64,000 bases of DNA from Basidiobolus meristosporus CBS 931.73. Lineage: Eukaryota; Fungi; Basidiobolomycota. Within the stretch, counting starts at the first letter, position 1, and each line of letters starts with the position of its first letter. The position numbers and the translations under genes were made by a program. The notes under the pieces were generated by a model. The model was not told the origin of the DNA. It did not search any database and saw nothing but the letters and a program-made list of their open reading frames with translations. Of this stretch, positions 22,045 to 33,583 are shown piece by piece. Location: contig MCFE01000004.1 of assembly GCA_002104905.1 (NCBI GenBank), positions 1 to 64,000 of the forward strand. Direction: 5' to 3'.

Positions 22045-23643
22045 TTACACACGAGGACCCGCAGCGATGATTTCCTCAGTGGCCTGGTCTTGATAGATCT
22101 TGAAGTTCTCCTGGAATAGTCCAGCTAGCTTGCGAAGTGTGCTCTCGAACTCCTCCTTGGGCCCTTGCCATGAGCTGACTGGGTTGAGGATGACATCGGG
22201 CACCTCGCTGCAGGTCTTGGGGATCATGAGGTTGAACACTGGGTACGCCTCGAACTCGACCTTCTCTAGCTCGCCCGAGTGGATGGCGTTGATGATGGCA
22301 CGTGAGTACTTGATGGAGATTCGCTCGCCGACTCCATAGGCACCTCCGTTCCATCCGGTGTTGATCAGCCACACGTTGGTCTTGTGCTCCTTCATCTTCT
22401 CCGCCAACATCGAGGCGTACTTCACTGGATGCCAGGCCAGGAATGGCTGGCCGAAGCAGGCCGAGAATGTCGCCTGTGGCTCGGTGACTCCCTCCTCGGT
22501 ACCGGCAATCTTGGCCGTGTATCCGGAGATGAAGTGGTACATGGCTTGCTCAGGGGTGAGTTTGGCAACTGGCGGGAGCACTCCGAACGCATCACATGTC
22601 AGCAGAAGGATGTTCTTGGGATGACCGCCAACGCAAGGAATCTTGGCGTTGGGGATGTACTCGATGGGATAGGCACACCGGGTGTTCTCTGTGATCGATG
22701 AGTTGGTGAAGTCTACCACTCTGGTTTCATCATCGAGGACAACGTTCTCGAGGACTGATCCGAACCGGATTGCCCCGAAAATCTCGGGCTCCTTTTCGGC
22801 AGAGAGGTCGATACACTTGGCGTAGCAGCCACCCTCGATGTTGAAGATGCCATCATCCGACCAGCAGTGCTCATCATCACCGATCAACGAGCGACGAGGA
22901 TCAGCCGAGAGAGTGGTCTTGCCTGTGCCGGAGAGACCGAAGAACAGGGACACATCTCCATCCGGGCCCTCGTTGGCACTCGAGTGGAGTGAGAGCACGC
23001 CAGCCTTTGGCATCAGGTAGTGCATCACCGTGAAGATGCCCTTCTTCATCTCACCGGCATACTGTGTGCCAAGGATGACGAGCTCGCGTCTCTCGAAGCT
23101 GATGGCGACACTGGTGGTGCTGGTCATTCCAGAGGTGTATCTGTTGGCGGGGAACTGGCCGGCGTTGAAGATGGTGAAGTCAGGCTCGCCAAAGTTCTCG
23201 AGCTCCTCCTCAGTGGGGCGGATGAGCATGTTTCTCATGAAAAGTGCGTGGTAGGCACGGGCGCACACAACACGGACCTTGATGCGGTACTTGGGATCCC
23301 ATCCTGCGAATCCGTCAAACACATACAGTCTCTCGCGAGTGTTCAGGTAGTCCACCGCACGCTCGTGGTTCACTCGGAACACTCGCTCCTCCAGGGGGAT
23401 GTTCACTGGGCCCCACCAGATCTCACCGTCGGTGGACTTCTCTTGGACCATGCGCTTGTCTTTGGGGCTTCTGCCGGTCTTGTGTCCTGATCTGGTGACC
23501 AAGGCACCGCTGGAGGCCATGACGGTGCCAGGCTCATAGTTGAGAGCGTGCTCGTAGAGCTGAGCAACGGAGAGGTTGCGCAGGATAGGCTTGCTGTAGT
23601 CGATACCAGCTTCAGGAGCCAAGTGGAAATCGGTATGAGTCAT
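22045..23643 (-). CDS. PCK1: Phosphoenolpyruvate carboxykinase (ATP), copy 1, intact, intronless
   Basis: 532-aa ORF with [17 protein letters not shown]-loop [27 protein letters not shown] and ENTRCAYP. Confidence 0.97.
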   Translation of the reverse strand: MTHTDFHLAPEAGIDYSKPILRNLSVAQLYEHALNYEPGTVMASSGALVTRSGHKTGRSPKDKRMVQEKSTDGEIWWGPVNIPLEERVFRVNHERAVDYLNTRERLYVFDGFAGWDPKYRIKVRVVCARAYHALFMRNMLIRPTEEELENFGEPDFTIFNAGQFPANRYTSGMTSTTSVAISFERRELVILGTQYAGEMKKGIFTVMHYLMPKAGVLSLHSSANEGPDGDVSLFFGLSGTGKTTLSADPRRSLIGDDEHCWSDDGIFNIEGGCYAKCIDLSAEKEPEIFGAIRFGSVLENVVLDDETRVVDFTNSSITENTRCAYPIEYIPNAKIPCVGGHPKNILLLTCDAFGVLPPVAKLTPEQAMYHFISGYTAKIAGTEEGVTEPQATFSACFGQPFLAWHPVKYASMLAEKMKEHKTNVWLINTGWNGGAYGVGERISIKYSRAIINAIHSGELEKVEFEAYPVFNLMIPKTCSEVPDVILNPVSSWQGPKEEFESTLRKLAGLFQENFKIYQDQATEEIIAAGPRV

Positions 23644-24762
23644 TTGGAGTTGAAAAACTGTTGAATTGCTGATTCAAGGACGCTGTTTGGATTATTTTAT
23701 AGTTGCGAGCTCAAACCGTTTGCAGTGAATCATTATCAACTTCAGTAACACAAAACAAGGTGGAATATGTGAGATTGCGTAGTTTCTCCAGCAGGCTGTT
23801 GTAGATCGCACAGCCGGCGACAATCTGGATTCAGCAGAGTGGTGGCTAACTGACTAATTAGAAGGATGGCGATTACCTCACATCAAAGGCTTAGGCTAAA
23901 TAGTAACTAGATTTAGAATGCGTCCAATGGCACAGTGTGATTCGTAATTTCGAAAATCATTTCGGCAATATTTCGTGGCTGCAAGACTGTCACCGCTCAT
24001 TCTCCGGATATGGCCAAAGCCAAGAAAGCAGTCCAATGCGACCCCTCCTTCCCGACCAACTATTCCAGTATACAATCCCGGTCCTGATTTATACAAATTA
24101 CTAAACATGTGAAAGCAGTAAGTTGCCTGGAGCACGGGTTTTATGGAGCCCGCGAATCCAGGTTAAACTTGTCAAGACAATTGGAATTCGGCTCCGTACT
24201 CGAATTTTGGAAGGAATGGTACCTGCGTAATGTCACTCGCTAACATTATCCCATAATTGTCAATGTTTTACAAAAGTACCTGGCCATAGTTACAAAAAAA
24301 AGGCTAGGTTCAATTGGAGCTGATGTAACGAAAGTTCAGAAGTTGGTCAGGTATTTATATAGAGTAATTGGATAGATATTCAGACCCGATCTGTTGATTC
24401 CAGAATGATTGAACCATCTTCCATCCAACGCCATTTTAGGCCTCTAGCCCGTGGGAAAAGTCCCATCAACATGAATGGACCAAAAGTGAAACAATTTTTG
24501 TGGGGTCATCCAGGTGTGTGGCTTGTATGGTGAGGGGCATGAAATGTATTGGAAATACTACTTTATTTGATCAGATAAAATCCCAAATGCGTATAGGCAT
24601 ATTTTCAAAAGAATAATGGCTAATTTGTTGATTTGACTATTGAACTCTAGGCAAAAAATGTTTCGGAGGGATGTGGAGAGCTGGGTGTGCCGTGCTTGAT
24701 ATTGCGTATATAAGTGATTCGGAAGAATCCCATTTCAGCAGTAAAAAACTTATCAACTCCAA

Positions 24763-26363
24763 ATGACTCATACCGATTTCCACTTGGCTCCTGAAGCTGG
24801 TATCGACTACAGCAAGCCTATCCTTGCGCAACCTCTCCGTTGCTCAGCTCTACGAGCACGCTCTCAACTATGAGCCTGGCACCGTCATGGCCTCCAGCGG
24901 TGCCTTGGTCACCAGATCAGGACACAAGACCGGCAGAAGCCCCAAAGACAAGCGCATGGTCCAAGAGAAGTCCACCGACGGTGAGATCTGGTGGGGCCCA
25001 GTGAACATCCCCATGGAGGAGCGAGTATTCCGAGTGAACCATGAGCGTGCGGTGGACTACCTGAACACTCGCGAGAGACTGTATGTGTTTGACGGATTCG
25101 CAGGATGGGATCCCAAGTACCGCATCAAGGTCCGTGTTGTGTGCGCTCGTGCCTACCACGCACTTTTCATGAGAAACATGCTCATCCGCCCCACTGAGGA
25201 GGAGCTCGAGAACTTTGGCGAGCCCGACTTCACCATCTTCAACGCCGGCCAGTTCCCCGCCAACAGATACACCTCTGGAATGACCAGCACCACCAGTGTC
25301 GCCATCAGCTTCGAGAGACGCGAGCTCGTCATCCTTGGCACACAGTATGCCGGTGAGATGAAGAAGGGCATCTTCACGGTGATGCACTACCTGATGCCAA
25401 AGGCTGGCGTGCTCTCGCTCCACTCGAGTGCCAACGAGGGCCCGGATGGGGATGTGTCCCTGTTCTTCGGTCTCTCCGGCACAGGCAAGACCACTCTCTC
25501 GGCTGATCCTCGTCGCTCGTTGATCGGTGATGATGAGCACTGCTGGTCGGATGATGGCATCTTCAACATCGAGGGTGGCTGCTACGCCAAGTGTATCGAC
25601 CTCTCTGCCGAAAAGGAGCCCGAGATTTTCGGGGCAATCCGGTTCGGATCAGTCCTCGAGAACGTTGTCCTCGATGATGAAACCAGAGTGGTAGACTTCA
25701 CCAACTCATCGATCACAGAGAACACCCGGTGTGCCTATCCCATCGAGTACATCCCCAACGCCAAGATTCCTTGCGTTGGCGGTCATCCCTAAGAACATCC
25801 TTCTGCTGACATGTGATGCGTTCGGAGTGCTCCCGCCAGTTGCCAAACTCACCCCTGAGCAAGCCATGTACCACTTCATCTCCGGATACACGGCCAAGAT
25901 TGCCGGTACCGAGGAGGGAGTCACCGAGCCACAGGCGACATTCTCGGCCTGCTTCGGCCAGCCATTCCTGGCCTGGCATCCAGTGAAGTACGCCTCGATG
26001 TTGGCGGAGAAGATGAAGGAGCACAAGACCAACGTGTGGCTGATCAACACCGGATGGAACGGAGGTGCCTATGGAGTCGGCGAGCGAATCTCCATCAAGT
26101 ACTCACGTGCCATCATCAACGCCATCCACTCGGGCGAGCTGGAGAAGGTCGAGTTCGAGGCGTACCCAGTGTTCAACCTCATGATCCCCAAGACCTGCAG
26201 CGAGGTGCCAGATGTCATCCTCAACCCAGTCAGCTCATGGCAAGGGCCCAAGGAGGAGTTCGAGAGCACGCTTCGCAAGCTAGCTGGACTATTCCAGGAG
26301 AACTTCAAGATCTATCAAGACCAGGCCACTGAGGAAATCATTGCCGCTGGTCCCAAAGTTTAA
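24763..26363 (+). CDS. PCK1: PEP carboxykinase (ATP), copy 2; two apparent +1 frameshifts (about 24823 and 25789) that are probably consensus artefacts
   Basis: Collinear with copy 1 from ATGACTCATACC (24763) to the stop at 26363. Extra bases occur at ATCCTTGCGC and CATCCCTAAG. Confidence 0.85.
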
Positions 26364-26837
26364 GCTAGTCAACCTCTAAGATCTGTAAATAATTGCATAT
26401 TTTCGCATTTTCTTTGAAGTTTGTATTCTGTGCACAATGCGAAGTATTGAATTATAAATATTTCAATAAATCACCACTTGTCTCAAACACGAACTAAATT
26501 TTGCGATGTCGAATCCCACGTGATGTTGCAACTAAGGCGTAGGTATGGGGTGCAATATATTTTTGCTTCGAATTCGTCGAGCCTCCAGTTTGCCACTTCA
26601 CATGGAAAATACCACCAACTCTTTGGTATGTGTGATAAGCGTGGCATGAGTTGATACCATGTGATAGTCGCATATCGTAACACCGCCTGCAGATCACTTT
26701 TCACAAAGGGTTAAATGATCGCTCCCTATATGCAAACTAGTCATGTTGAGCATGTACGTAGCTAGAAATATGGAGAGATGGCATGATATCATGTAGTGAC
26801 CCCGAGAATAAAACAATGCGTAGTAGGCTAGGTCAAG

Positions 26838-26845
26838 TATAAATA
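26838..26845 (+). promoter_or_regulatory. Putative TATA box of the small secreted protein gene
   Basis: TATAAATA lies about 60 nt upstream of the ATG at 26901. Confidence 0.45.
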
Positions 26846-26900
26846 GGAGAAAAATTCACCCACCAAATCAGAATCAGCCCATCTTTTCTTAATATTCGCA

Positions 26901-27104
26901 ATGCAATTCAAGATTCTTACTCTCATCTCCATGGTGCTGGCCCTTTTGTTGGTCAGAGAGGTAAAGGCCGGAGTGTTAGATGTGCTAAAAGCAGTCAATC
27001 CCAATCACGAGGCGAAACCCGCAAGTCCCTTGCCAGCTGATGGTGGGAAACCCATTCTCCCACTCAAACCAATTAAATCGCCGATCATTAAGCAAGGTCT
27101 GTGA
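26901..27104 (+). CDS. Small secreted Pro/Lys-rich peptide, unknown function
   Basis: 67-aa ATG-initiated ORF with a classic signal peptide (MQFKILTLISMVLALLLVREVKA/G), an upstream TATA box and an AT-rich 3' region containing AATAAA. Confidence 0.7.
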   Translation: MQFKILTLISMVLALLLVREVKAGVLDVLKAVNPNHEAKPASPLPADGGKPILPLKPIKSPIIKQGL

Positions 27105-27372
27105 AGCGGCGGTTAACAATGAAACTACCAAGAGTTTAGACGCCTGGTATATATGTATTTCTTATTATTAGCTAGTTCGCTGTTTTTCCATGAATAAACA
27201 ATACCCAATATTTGATATGAAAATATTTAGATTTGAATGAGTTTATAAAATATTTGATTTAGCAACTATAAACAATATGTACGGATGCGTGGGAAAAATG
27301 GGTTAAGTCCGCTAGGAGGCGACATGAATAGTGGCTTTTAGGTATTCTGTTCTTATATACACCGTAAAATGC

Positions 27373-28971
27373 TTATACTCTGGGACCAGCGGCAATGATT
27401 TCCTCAGTGGCCTGGTCTTGATAGATCTTGAAGTTCTCCTGGAATAGTCCAGCTAGCTTGCGAAGCGTGCTCTCGAACTCCTCCTTGGGCCCTTGCCATG
27501 AGCTGACTGGGTTGAGGATGACATCTGGCACCTCGCTGCAGGTCTTGGGGATCATGAGGTTGAACACTGGGTACGCCTCGAACTCGACCTTCTCCAGCTC
27601 GCCCGAGTGGATGGCGTTGATGATGGCACGTGAGTACTTGATGGAGATTCGCTCGCCGACTCCATAGGCACCTCCGTTCCATCCGGTGTTGATCAGCCAC
27701 ACGTTGGTCTTGTGCTCCTTCATCTTCTCCGCCAACATCGAGGCGTACTTCACTGGATGCCAGGCCAGGAATGGCTGGCCGAAGCAGGCCGAGAATGTCG
27801 CCTGTGGCTCGGTGACTCCCTCCTCGGTACCGGCAATCTTGGCCGTGTATCCGGAGATGAAGTGGTACATGGCTTGCTCAGGGGTGAGTTTGGCAACTGG
27901 CGGGAGCACTCCGAACGCATCACATGTCAGCAGAAGGATGTTCTTGGGATGACCGCCAACGCAAGGAATCTTGGCGTTGGGGATGTACTCGATGGGATAG
28001 GCACACCGGGTGTTCTCTGTGATCGATGAGTTGGTGAAGTCTACCACTCTGGTTTCATCATCGAGGACAACGTTCTCGAGGACTGATCCGAACCGGATTG
28101 CCCCGAAAATCTCGGGCTCCTTTTCGGCAGAGAGGTCGATACACTTGGCGTAGCAGCCACCCTCGATGTTGAAGATGCCATCATCCGACCAGCAGTGCTC
28201 ATCATCACCGATCAACGAGCGACGAGGATCAGCCGAGAGAGTGGTCTTGCCTGTGCCGGAGAGACCGAAGAACAGGGACACATCCCCATCCGGGCCCTCG
28301 TTGGCACTCGAGTGGAGCGAGAGCACGCCAGCCTTTGGCATCAGGTAGTGCATCACCGTGAAGATGCCCTTCTTCATCTCACCGGCATACTGTGTGCCAA
28401 GGATGACGAGCTCGCGTCTCTCGAAGCTGATGGCGACACTGGTGGTGCTGGTCATTCCAGAGGTGTATCTGTTGGCGGGGAACTGGCCGGCGTTGAAGAT
28501 GGTGAAGTCGGGCTCGCCAAAGTTCTCGAGCTCCTCCTCAGTGGGGCGGATGAGCATGTTTCTCATGAAAAGTGCGTGGTAGGCACGAGCGCACACAACA
28601 CGGACCTTGATGCGGTACTTGGGATCCCATCCTGCGAATCCGTCAAACACATACAGTCTCTCGCGAGTGTTCAGGTAGTCCACCGCACGCTCATGGTTCA
28701 CTCGGAATACTCGCTCCTCCAGGGGGATGTTCACTGGGCCCCACCAGATCTCACCGTCGGTGGACTTCTCTTGGACCATGCGCTTGTCCTTGGGGCTTCT
28801 GCCGGTCTTGTGTCCTGATCTGGTGACCAAGGCACCGCTGGAGGCCATGACGGTGCCAGGCTCATAGTTGAGAGCGTGCTCGTAGAGCTGAGCAACGGAG
28901 AGGTTGCGCAGGATAGGCTTGCTGTAGTCGATACCAGCTTCAGGAGCCAAGTGGAAATCGGTATGGGTCAT
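27373..28971 (-). CDS. PCK1: PEP carboxykinase (ATP), copy 3, intact
   Basis: 532-aa ORF whose translation matches copy 1. Confidence 0.97.
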   Translation of the reverse strand: MTHTDFHLAPEAGIDYSKPILRNLSVAQLYEHALNYEPGTVMASSGALVTRSGHKTGRSPKDKRMVQEKSTDGEIWWGPVNIPLEERVFRVNHERAVDYLNTRERLYVFDGFAGWDPKYRIKVRVVCARAYHALFMRNMLIRPTEEELENFGEPDFTIFNAGQFPANRYTSGMTSTTSVAISFERRELVILGTQYAGEMKKGIFTVMHYLMPKAGVLSLHSSANEGPDGDVSLFFGLSGTGKTTLSADPRRSLIGDDEHCWSDDGIFNIEGGCYAKCIDLSAEKEPEIFGAIRFGSVLENVVLDDETRVVDFTNSSITENTRCAYPIEYIPNAKIPCVGGHPKNILLLTCDAFGVLPPVAKLTPEQAMYHFISGYTAKIAGTEEGVTEPQATFSACFGQPFLAWHPVKYASMLAEKMKEHKTNVWLINTGWNGGAYGVGERISIKYSRAIINAIHSGELEKVEFEAYPVFNLMIPKTCSEVPDVILNPVSSWQGPKEEFESTLRKLAGLFQENFKIYQDQATEEIIAAGPRV

Positions 28972-29630
28972 TTGTAGTTAGGCTTGGATATGATTATGAG
29001 TACGATTGAACCACTTTTGATATCTTTTATACAGCAACCATAGGCGTTGCCACCCTCCCACCCTCCGTTCTTGCCGTATCACAATACCAACTGAACCTAT
29101 TCACCAATTGTCTGAATGGCAATACTTCTTACTATGGCAGTATTGTAATGGCTTAATATCTAGACCTCCGCCTCCAGATCCATATTTTTGCACCCGTGAT
29201 TCACAGCGGTTTCAGTTGCAGGTTATTTTATTTCCAATGCATTATATACCAGAATGTATTCCAATAAGGTAATTTTGCTCCAGTATATAGTATTCTTACC
29301 AGAGTTACTCCTAGAATGGTAATTATATCGGTGAAAATTCAATCGATTACAGAAACTTGTATACAACAGTTACCAGCGTAATTACCAAGGGCTCACACGA
29401 TCAAGGTATATGTATATGTTGTCCTCGACTAGTTTCGTTATCTTTTCACGAAATTGGAATACCCCATGATTTAATCGAGATTATGTGGATTTTGAATGAG
29501 TTTATATAATAAATGATTTAGCAACTATAAACAATATGTACGGATGCGTGGGAAAGTGAGATTGTTGAGAATGGAGGTAACTTTGATAGTAGTTTTCAAA
29601 TATGCTTGACTTATGTACACCGTAAAATGC

Positions 29631-31232
29631 TTATACTCTGGGACCAGCGGCAATGATTTCCTCAGTGGCCTGGTCTTGATAGATCTTGAAGTTCTCCTGG
29701 AATAGTCCGGCTAGCTTGCGAAGTGTGCTCTCGAACTCCTCCTTGGGCCCTTGCCATGAGCTGACTGGGTTGAGGATGACATCGGGCACCTCGCTGCAGG
29801 TCTTGGGGATCATGAGGTTGAACACTGGGTACGCCTCGAACTCGACCTTCTCCAGCTCGCCCGAGTGGATGGCGTTGATGATGGCACGTGAGTACTTGAT
29901 GGAGATTCGCTCGCCGACTCCATAGGCACCTCCGTTCCATCCGGTGTTGATCAGCCACACGTTGGTCTTGTGCTCCTTCATCTTCTCCGCCAACATCGAG
30001 GCGTACTTCACTGGATGCCAGGCCAGGAATGGCTGGCCGAAGCAGGCCGAGAATGTCGCCTGTGGCTCGGTGACTCCCTCCTCGGTACCGGCAATCTTGG
30101 CCGTGTATCCGGAGATGAAGTGGTACATGGCTTGCTCAGGGGTGAGTTTGGCAACTGGCGGGAGCACTCCGAACGCATCACATGTCAGCAGAAGGATGTT
30201 CTTAGGGATGACCGCCAACGCAAGGAATCTTGGCGTTGGGGATGTACTCGATGGGATAGGCACACCGGGTGTTCTCTGTGATCGATGAGTTGGTGAAGTC
30301 TACCACTCTGGTTTCATCATCGAGGACAACGTTCTCGAAGGACTGATCCGAACCGGATTGCCCCGAAAATCTCGGGCTCCTTTTCGGCAGAGAGGTCGAT
30401 ACACTTGGCGTAGCAGCCACCCTCGATGTTGAAGATGCCATCATCCGACCAGCAGTGCTCATCATCACCGATCAACGAGCGACGAGGATCAGCCGAGAGA
30501 GTGGTCTTGCCTGTGCCGGAGAGACCGAAGAACAGGGACACATCCCCATCCGGGCCCTCGTTGGCACTCGAGTGGAGTCGAGAGCACGCCAGCCTTTGGC
30601 ATCAGGTAGTGCATCACCGTGAAGATGCCCTTCTTCATCTCACCGGCATACTGTGTGCCAAGGATGACGAGCTCGCGTCTCTCGAAGCTGATGGCGACAC
30701 TGGTGGTGCTGGTCATTCCAGAGGTGTATCTGTTGGCGGGGAACTGGCCGGCGTTGAAGATGGTGAAGTCAGGCTCGCCAAAGTTCTCGAGCTCCTCCTC
30801 AGTGGGGCGGATGAGCATGTTTCTCATGAAAAGTGCGTGGTAGGCACGAGCGCACACAACACGGACCTTGATGCGGTACTTGGGATCCCATCCTGCGAAT
30901 CCGTCAAACACATACAGTCTCTCGCGAGTGTTCAGGTAGTCCACCGCACGCTCGTGGTTCACTCGGAACACTCGCTCCTCCAGGGGGATGTTCACTGGGC
31001 CCCACCAGATCTCACCGTCGGTGGACTTCTCTTGGACCATGCGCTTGTCCTTGGGGCTTCTGCCGGTCTTGTGTCCTGATCTGGTGACCAAGGCACCGCT
31101 GGAGGCCATGACAGTGCCAGGCTCATAGTTGAGAGCGTGCTCGTAGAGCTGAGCAACGGAGAGGTTGCGCAGGATAGGCTTGCTGTAGTCGATACCAGCT
31201 TCAGGAGCCAAGTGGAAATCGGAATGGGTCAT
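29631..31232 (-). CDS. PCK1: PEP carboxykinase (ATP), copy 4; three apparent +1 frameshifts (about 30204, 30337, 30578) that are probably consensus artefacts
   Basis: Collinear with copies 1 and 3. It is split into ORFs 30489-31232, 30317-30541/30202-30468 and 29631-30263 by single extra bases. Confidence 0.82.
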
Positions 31233-32178
31233 TTGTAGTTAGGCTTAAACGTTATTCTGAGCATTAGTGGAGTGCGCAAGTTCTATTTTATACAGTTACA
31301 GGCCTCGACATCTCGGAACCATTGGTTTATTTTATTTCACAACATAAATATAGGGTATCAGCCTGGATGGCATTGTTTTTTACTAAATCATCATAGCAAT
31401 GGCTTAATATCTAGGCCTTCGCCTCCTTAACTATATTTTTCGAACTCGTGATTCACGGAGGTTGTGGTGTAGATTACTGCCAATCAAAAAGGCATCCCAG
31501 AATATGGAGCCCTGCGGCAATTCCTGTATACTACTTCCATTCCAGAATTAACCCAGAGTTGCCATTTGCCTGACCCAGATGGGCCGAAAGAATATTAATC
31601 AGCTGAGAATATTATGAAACATAGGCTTAAAATTGTTGGCTGTAATACCGGATTACTGCGTACAAGCAATTTATGAAAGCCTCTAGCCACCAGGCAAGTT
31701 GTGTTGAAACTCATCAGCCACGCCGCGACCGAGGTCGGTAGAGTCTGGCACCTCAGTGAGCAACTAGAATGTTATCAATACCTGTCAACACATGAGTTCG
31801 AGTATGACGATGCCGGCCACTGGCTAATAACCATTCCCATACCCCACATTGTAGATTTCTCCTTTAAGCTCGGCAAGTACGGATGACTGCCGGCTCCATG
31901 TTAGCAAATAAAGTATTGCCAATTTTACAGATTGGTGACATAGAATCAAGCCTTACGACGGATGAATATATCACCGAAAAATGAAGAGTAATTTAGTTTA
32001 ATTAGTTTACAACCCGAGTAATTTATAAATATTGCAGGGTATATATGCATCATCTAATTAGATAGGTGAATAGATTAGTCTAATGGTAAACAGAGTGATG
32101 AGCAGAATTCTCAAAAATCATGTACAAAAAATGAGGATTGCGGTGGCGTTAATAAACGTCAGATTTGAAAGGCGCCAA

Positions 32179-33583
32179 CTAGAGGTCACGGACCAGACTT
32201 CTGACTGCATCGATGGTTCCAATGATACAACTGATCCAGCCGACAATCATCGTGATCGCACAAAGAACCAAATGCATCCAGCCTACATTTCTCCATCCGA
32301 AAAGCTTCAAGAAGAATGCTACTGGGAAGACAAAGATAATCTGGGTGTTCATCAGAGCACCAATCAAAGACATGAAATCACCAATGGCGGGAACGAACAT
32401 AGCAACCAGGCAGAACACCACGATTAGTGCGATTCTTAGGAGCGTGCGGAAGATAAACTCTTTAGCCTTGCCCATGTAGTTGGGATCGATCTTCAGATAA
32501 TTCTCGATATCAAGCGAGAAGTTGATCAACAGAATGGGGGCAGTGAAGAGGATATGGAGGGTAATGGCCACACGAGCAGCAATGGTAAGCCCATTCATGT
32601 AGAAATTGTTGAATACCGGCGATTGGGTGGATTGACCATAAGCCAGATAACTGAAAACACCCGCTGCCATGTACATCACCAAGGTAGTGAACATGGCTGC
32701 AGAAAGGACGGGGGTCCAAGCCTTCCGGTTGCGCATATTCAACTCTACAGAAGGAAACACCGGGCTTCCACCAAACGACAAACTAATGGATGCTAGGGTA
32801 ATGGGAAGACCCGACCCAATGATAAACTTGTGCTCGGTGTTAGCAGGACCGAGAGGTCCAGCATGATCATTACGATTCGAAATACCAACAATTGTAATGA
32901 CAATTACGGTAAACAAGGTGGTGATAACCCCAAATACACTAAAATAGGAAAGAGTTAGTTTGTTACCCGAAATACAGATTTGAAACCCATTAGACTTACG
33001 CCAACAAGTGCACCTCCTTCATATTCTTGAAGATCAAGAAGGGGACACAAACGACTGCGGCGGAGATGATGGTCCATACTTTTAGGTTGATATCAGTTCC
33101 GGCATAATCGACCAACTCTTTCAGATTCGTGGCAATCAACATGATGAAAATACAACCGACACCAAAGTAAAACCACATTACGAAGCACTGCACAACGTAA
33201 TAACCCGGTTTGCCGAAGGCTGCCTCTCCGACTGCACTATAGCCGCTTAGACGAGTTTTCTTGTCGTGGTATAGGCAGAGGATGATAAGATGTCCGGTAT
33301 AGATGCAAAGTAGACAGCAGAACACGGTGATGATGGTACCAAACCAACCACTCTGGGTGAAAGAGAAGCCCATCTGCAAGACGCCAGTTCCCGCAATAAC
33401 GCACCTATCGAAGGGAATTTGGAATCACGTAAATACGGGATGTGATGGAAAGAATCAACGCGAAATAGCTGCTTACACAATGTTGAAAAAAGCAGCGAAG
33501 TTGGAGGATTGACCCTCCTCGGTGCTGGCCACCTCCACTATTTCACTGGAGTTAGTGAACTCGTTGCTCAATTTCTTCGACAT
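32179..33583 (-). CDS. Amino-acid transporter (Aa_trans/AVT-like), 3 exons
   Basis: MSKKLSNE...AAFFNIV/CVIAGTGVLQMGFSFTQSGW, followed by many TM segments, SFGGSPVFPSVELNM, YLAYGQSTQSPV and DFMSLIGAL. Confidence 0.9.

Larger units (their letters stand above)
27233..31456. repeat. Tandem duplication with a unit of about 2258 bp (PCK copies 3 and 4 plus partly conserved flanks)
   Basis: TGAATGAGTTTATA...GCAACTATAAACAATATGTACGGATGCGTGGGAAA occurs at about 27235 and 29493. ATGGCTTAATATCTAG...CGCCTCC occurs at about 29148 and 31398. Confidence 0.88.

Noticed and set aside
22045-23643. Bacterial horizontal origin of PCK1, suggested by GC richness and lack of introns
   Set aside because: The N-terminal region ([20 protein letters not shown]...[12 protein letters not shown]) looks like fungal Pck1. 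Nothing in the sequence requires HGT.
24820-30580. Programmed ribosomal frameshifting or true pseudogenisation of PCK copies 2 and 4
   Set aside because: There are no slippery heptamers. Every indel coincides with a synonymous two-allele site, which a consensus artefact explains better. Not fully excluded without reads.
22076-31079. Recurrent alternative-frame ORFs (e.g. [21 protein letters not shown], the 207-aa antisense ORFs)
   Set aside because: They recur only because the GC-rich PCK CDS is repeated four times, so they are not independent genes.
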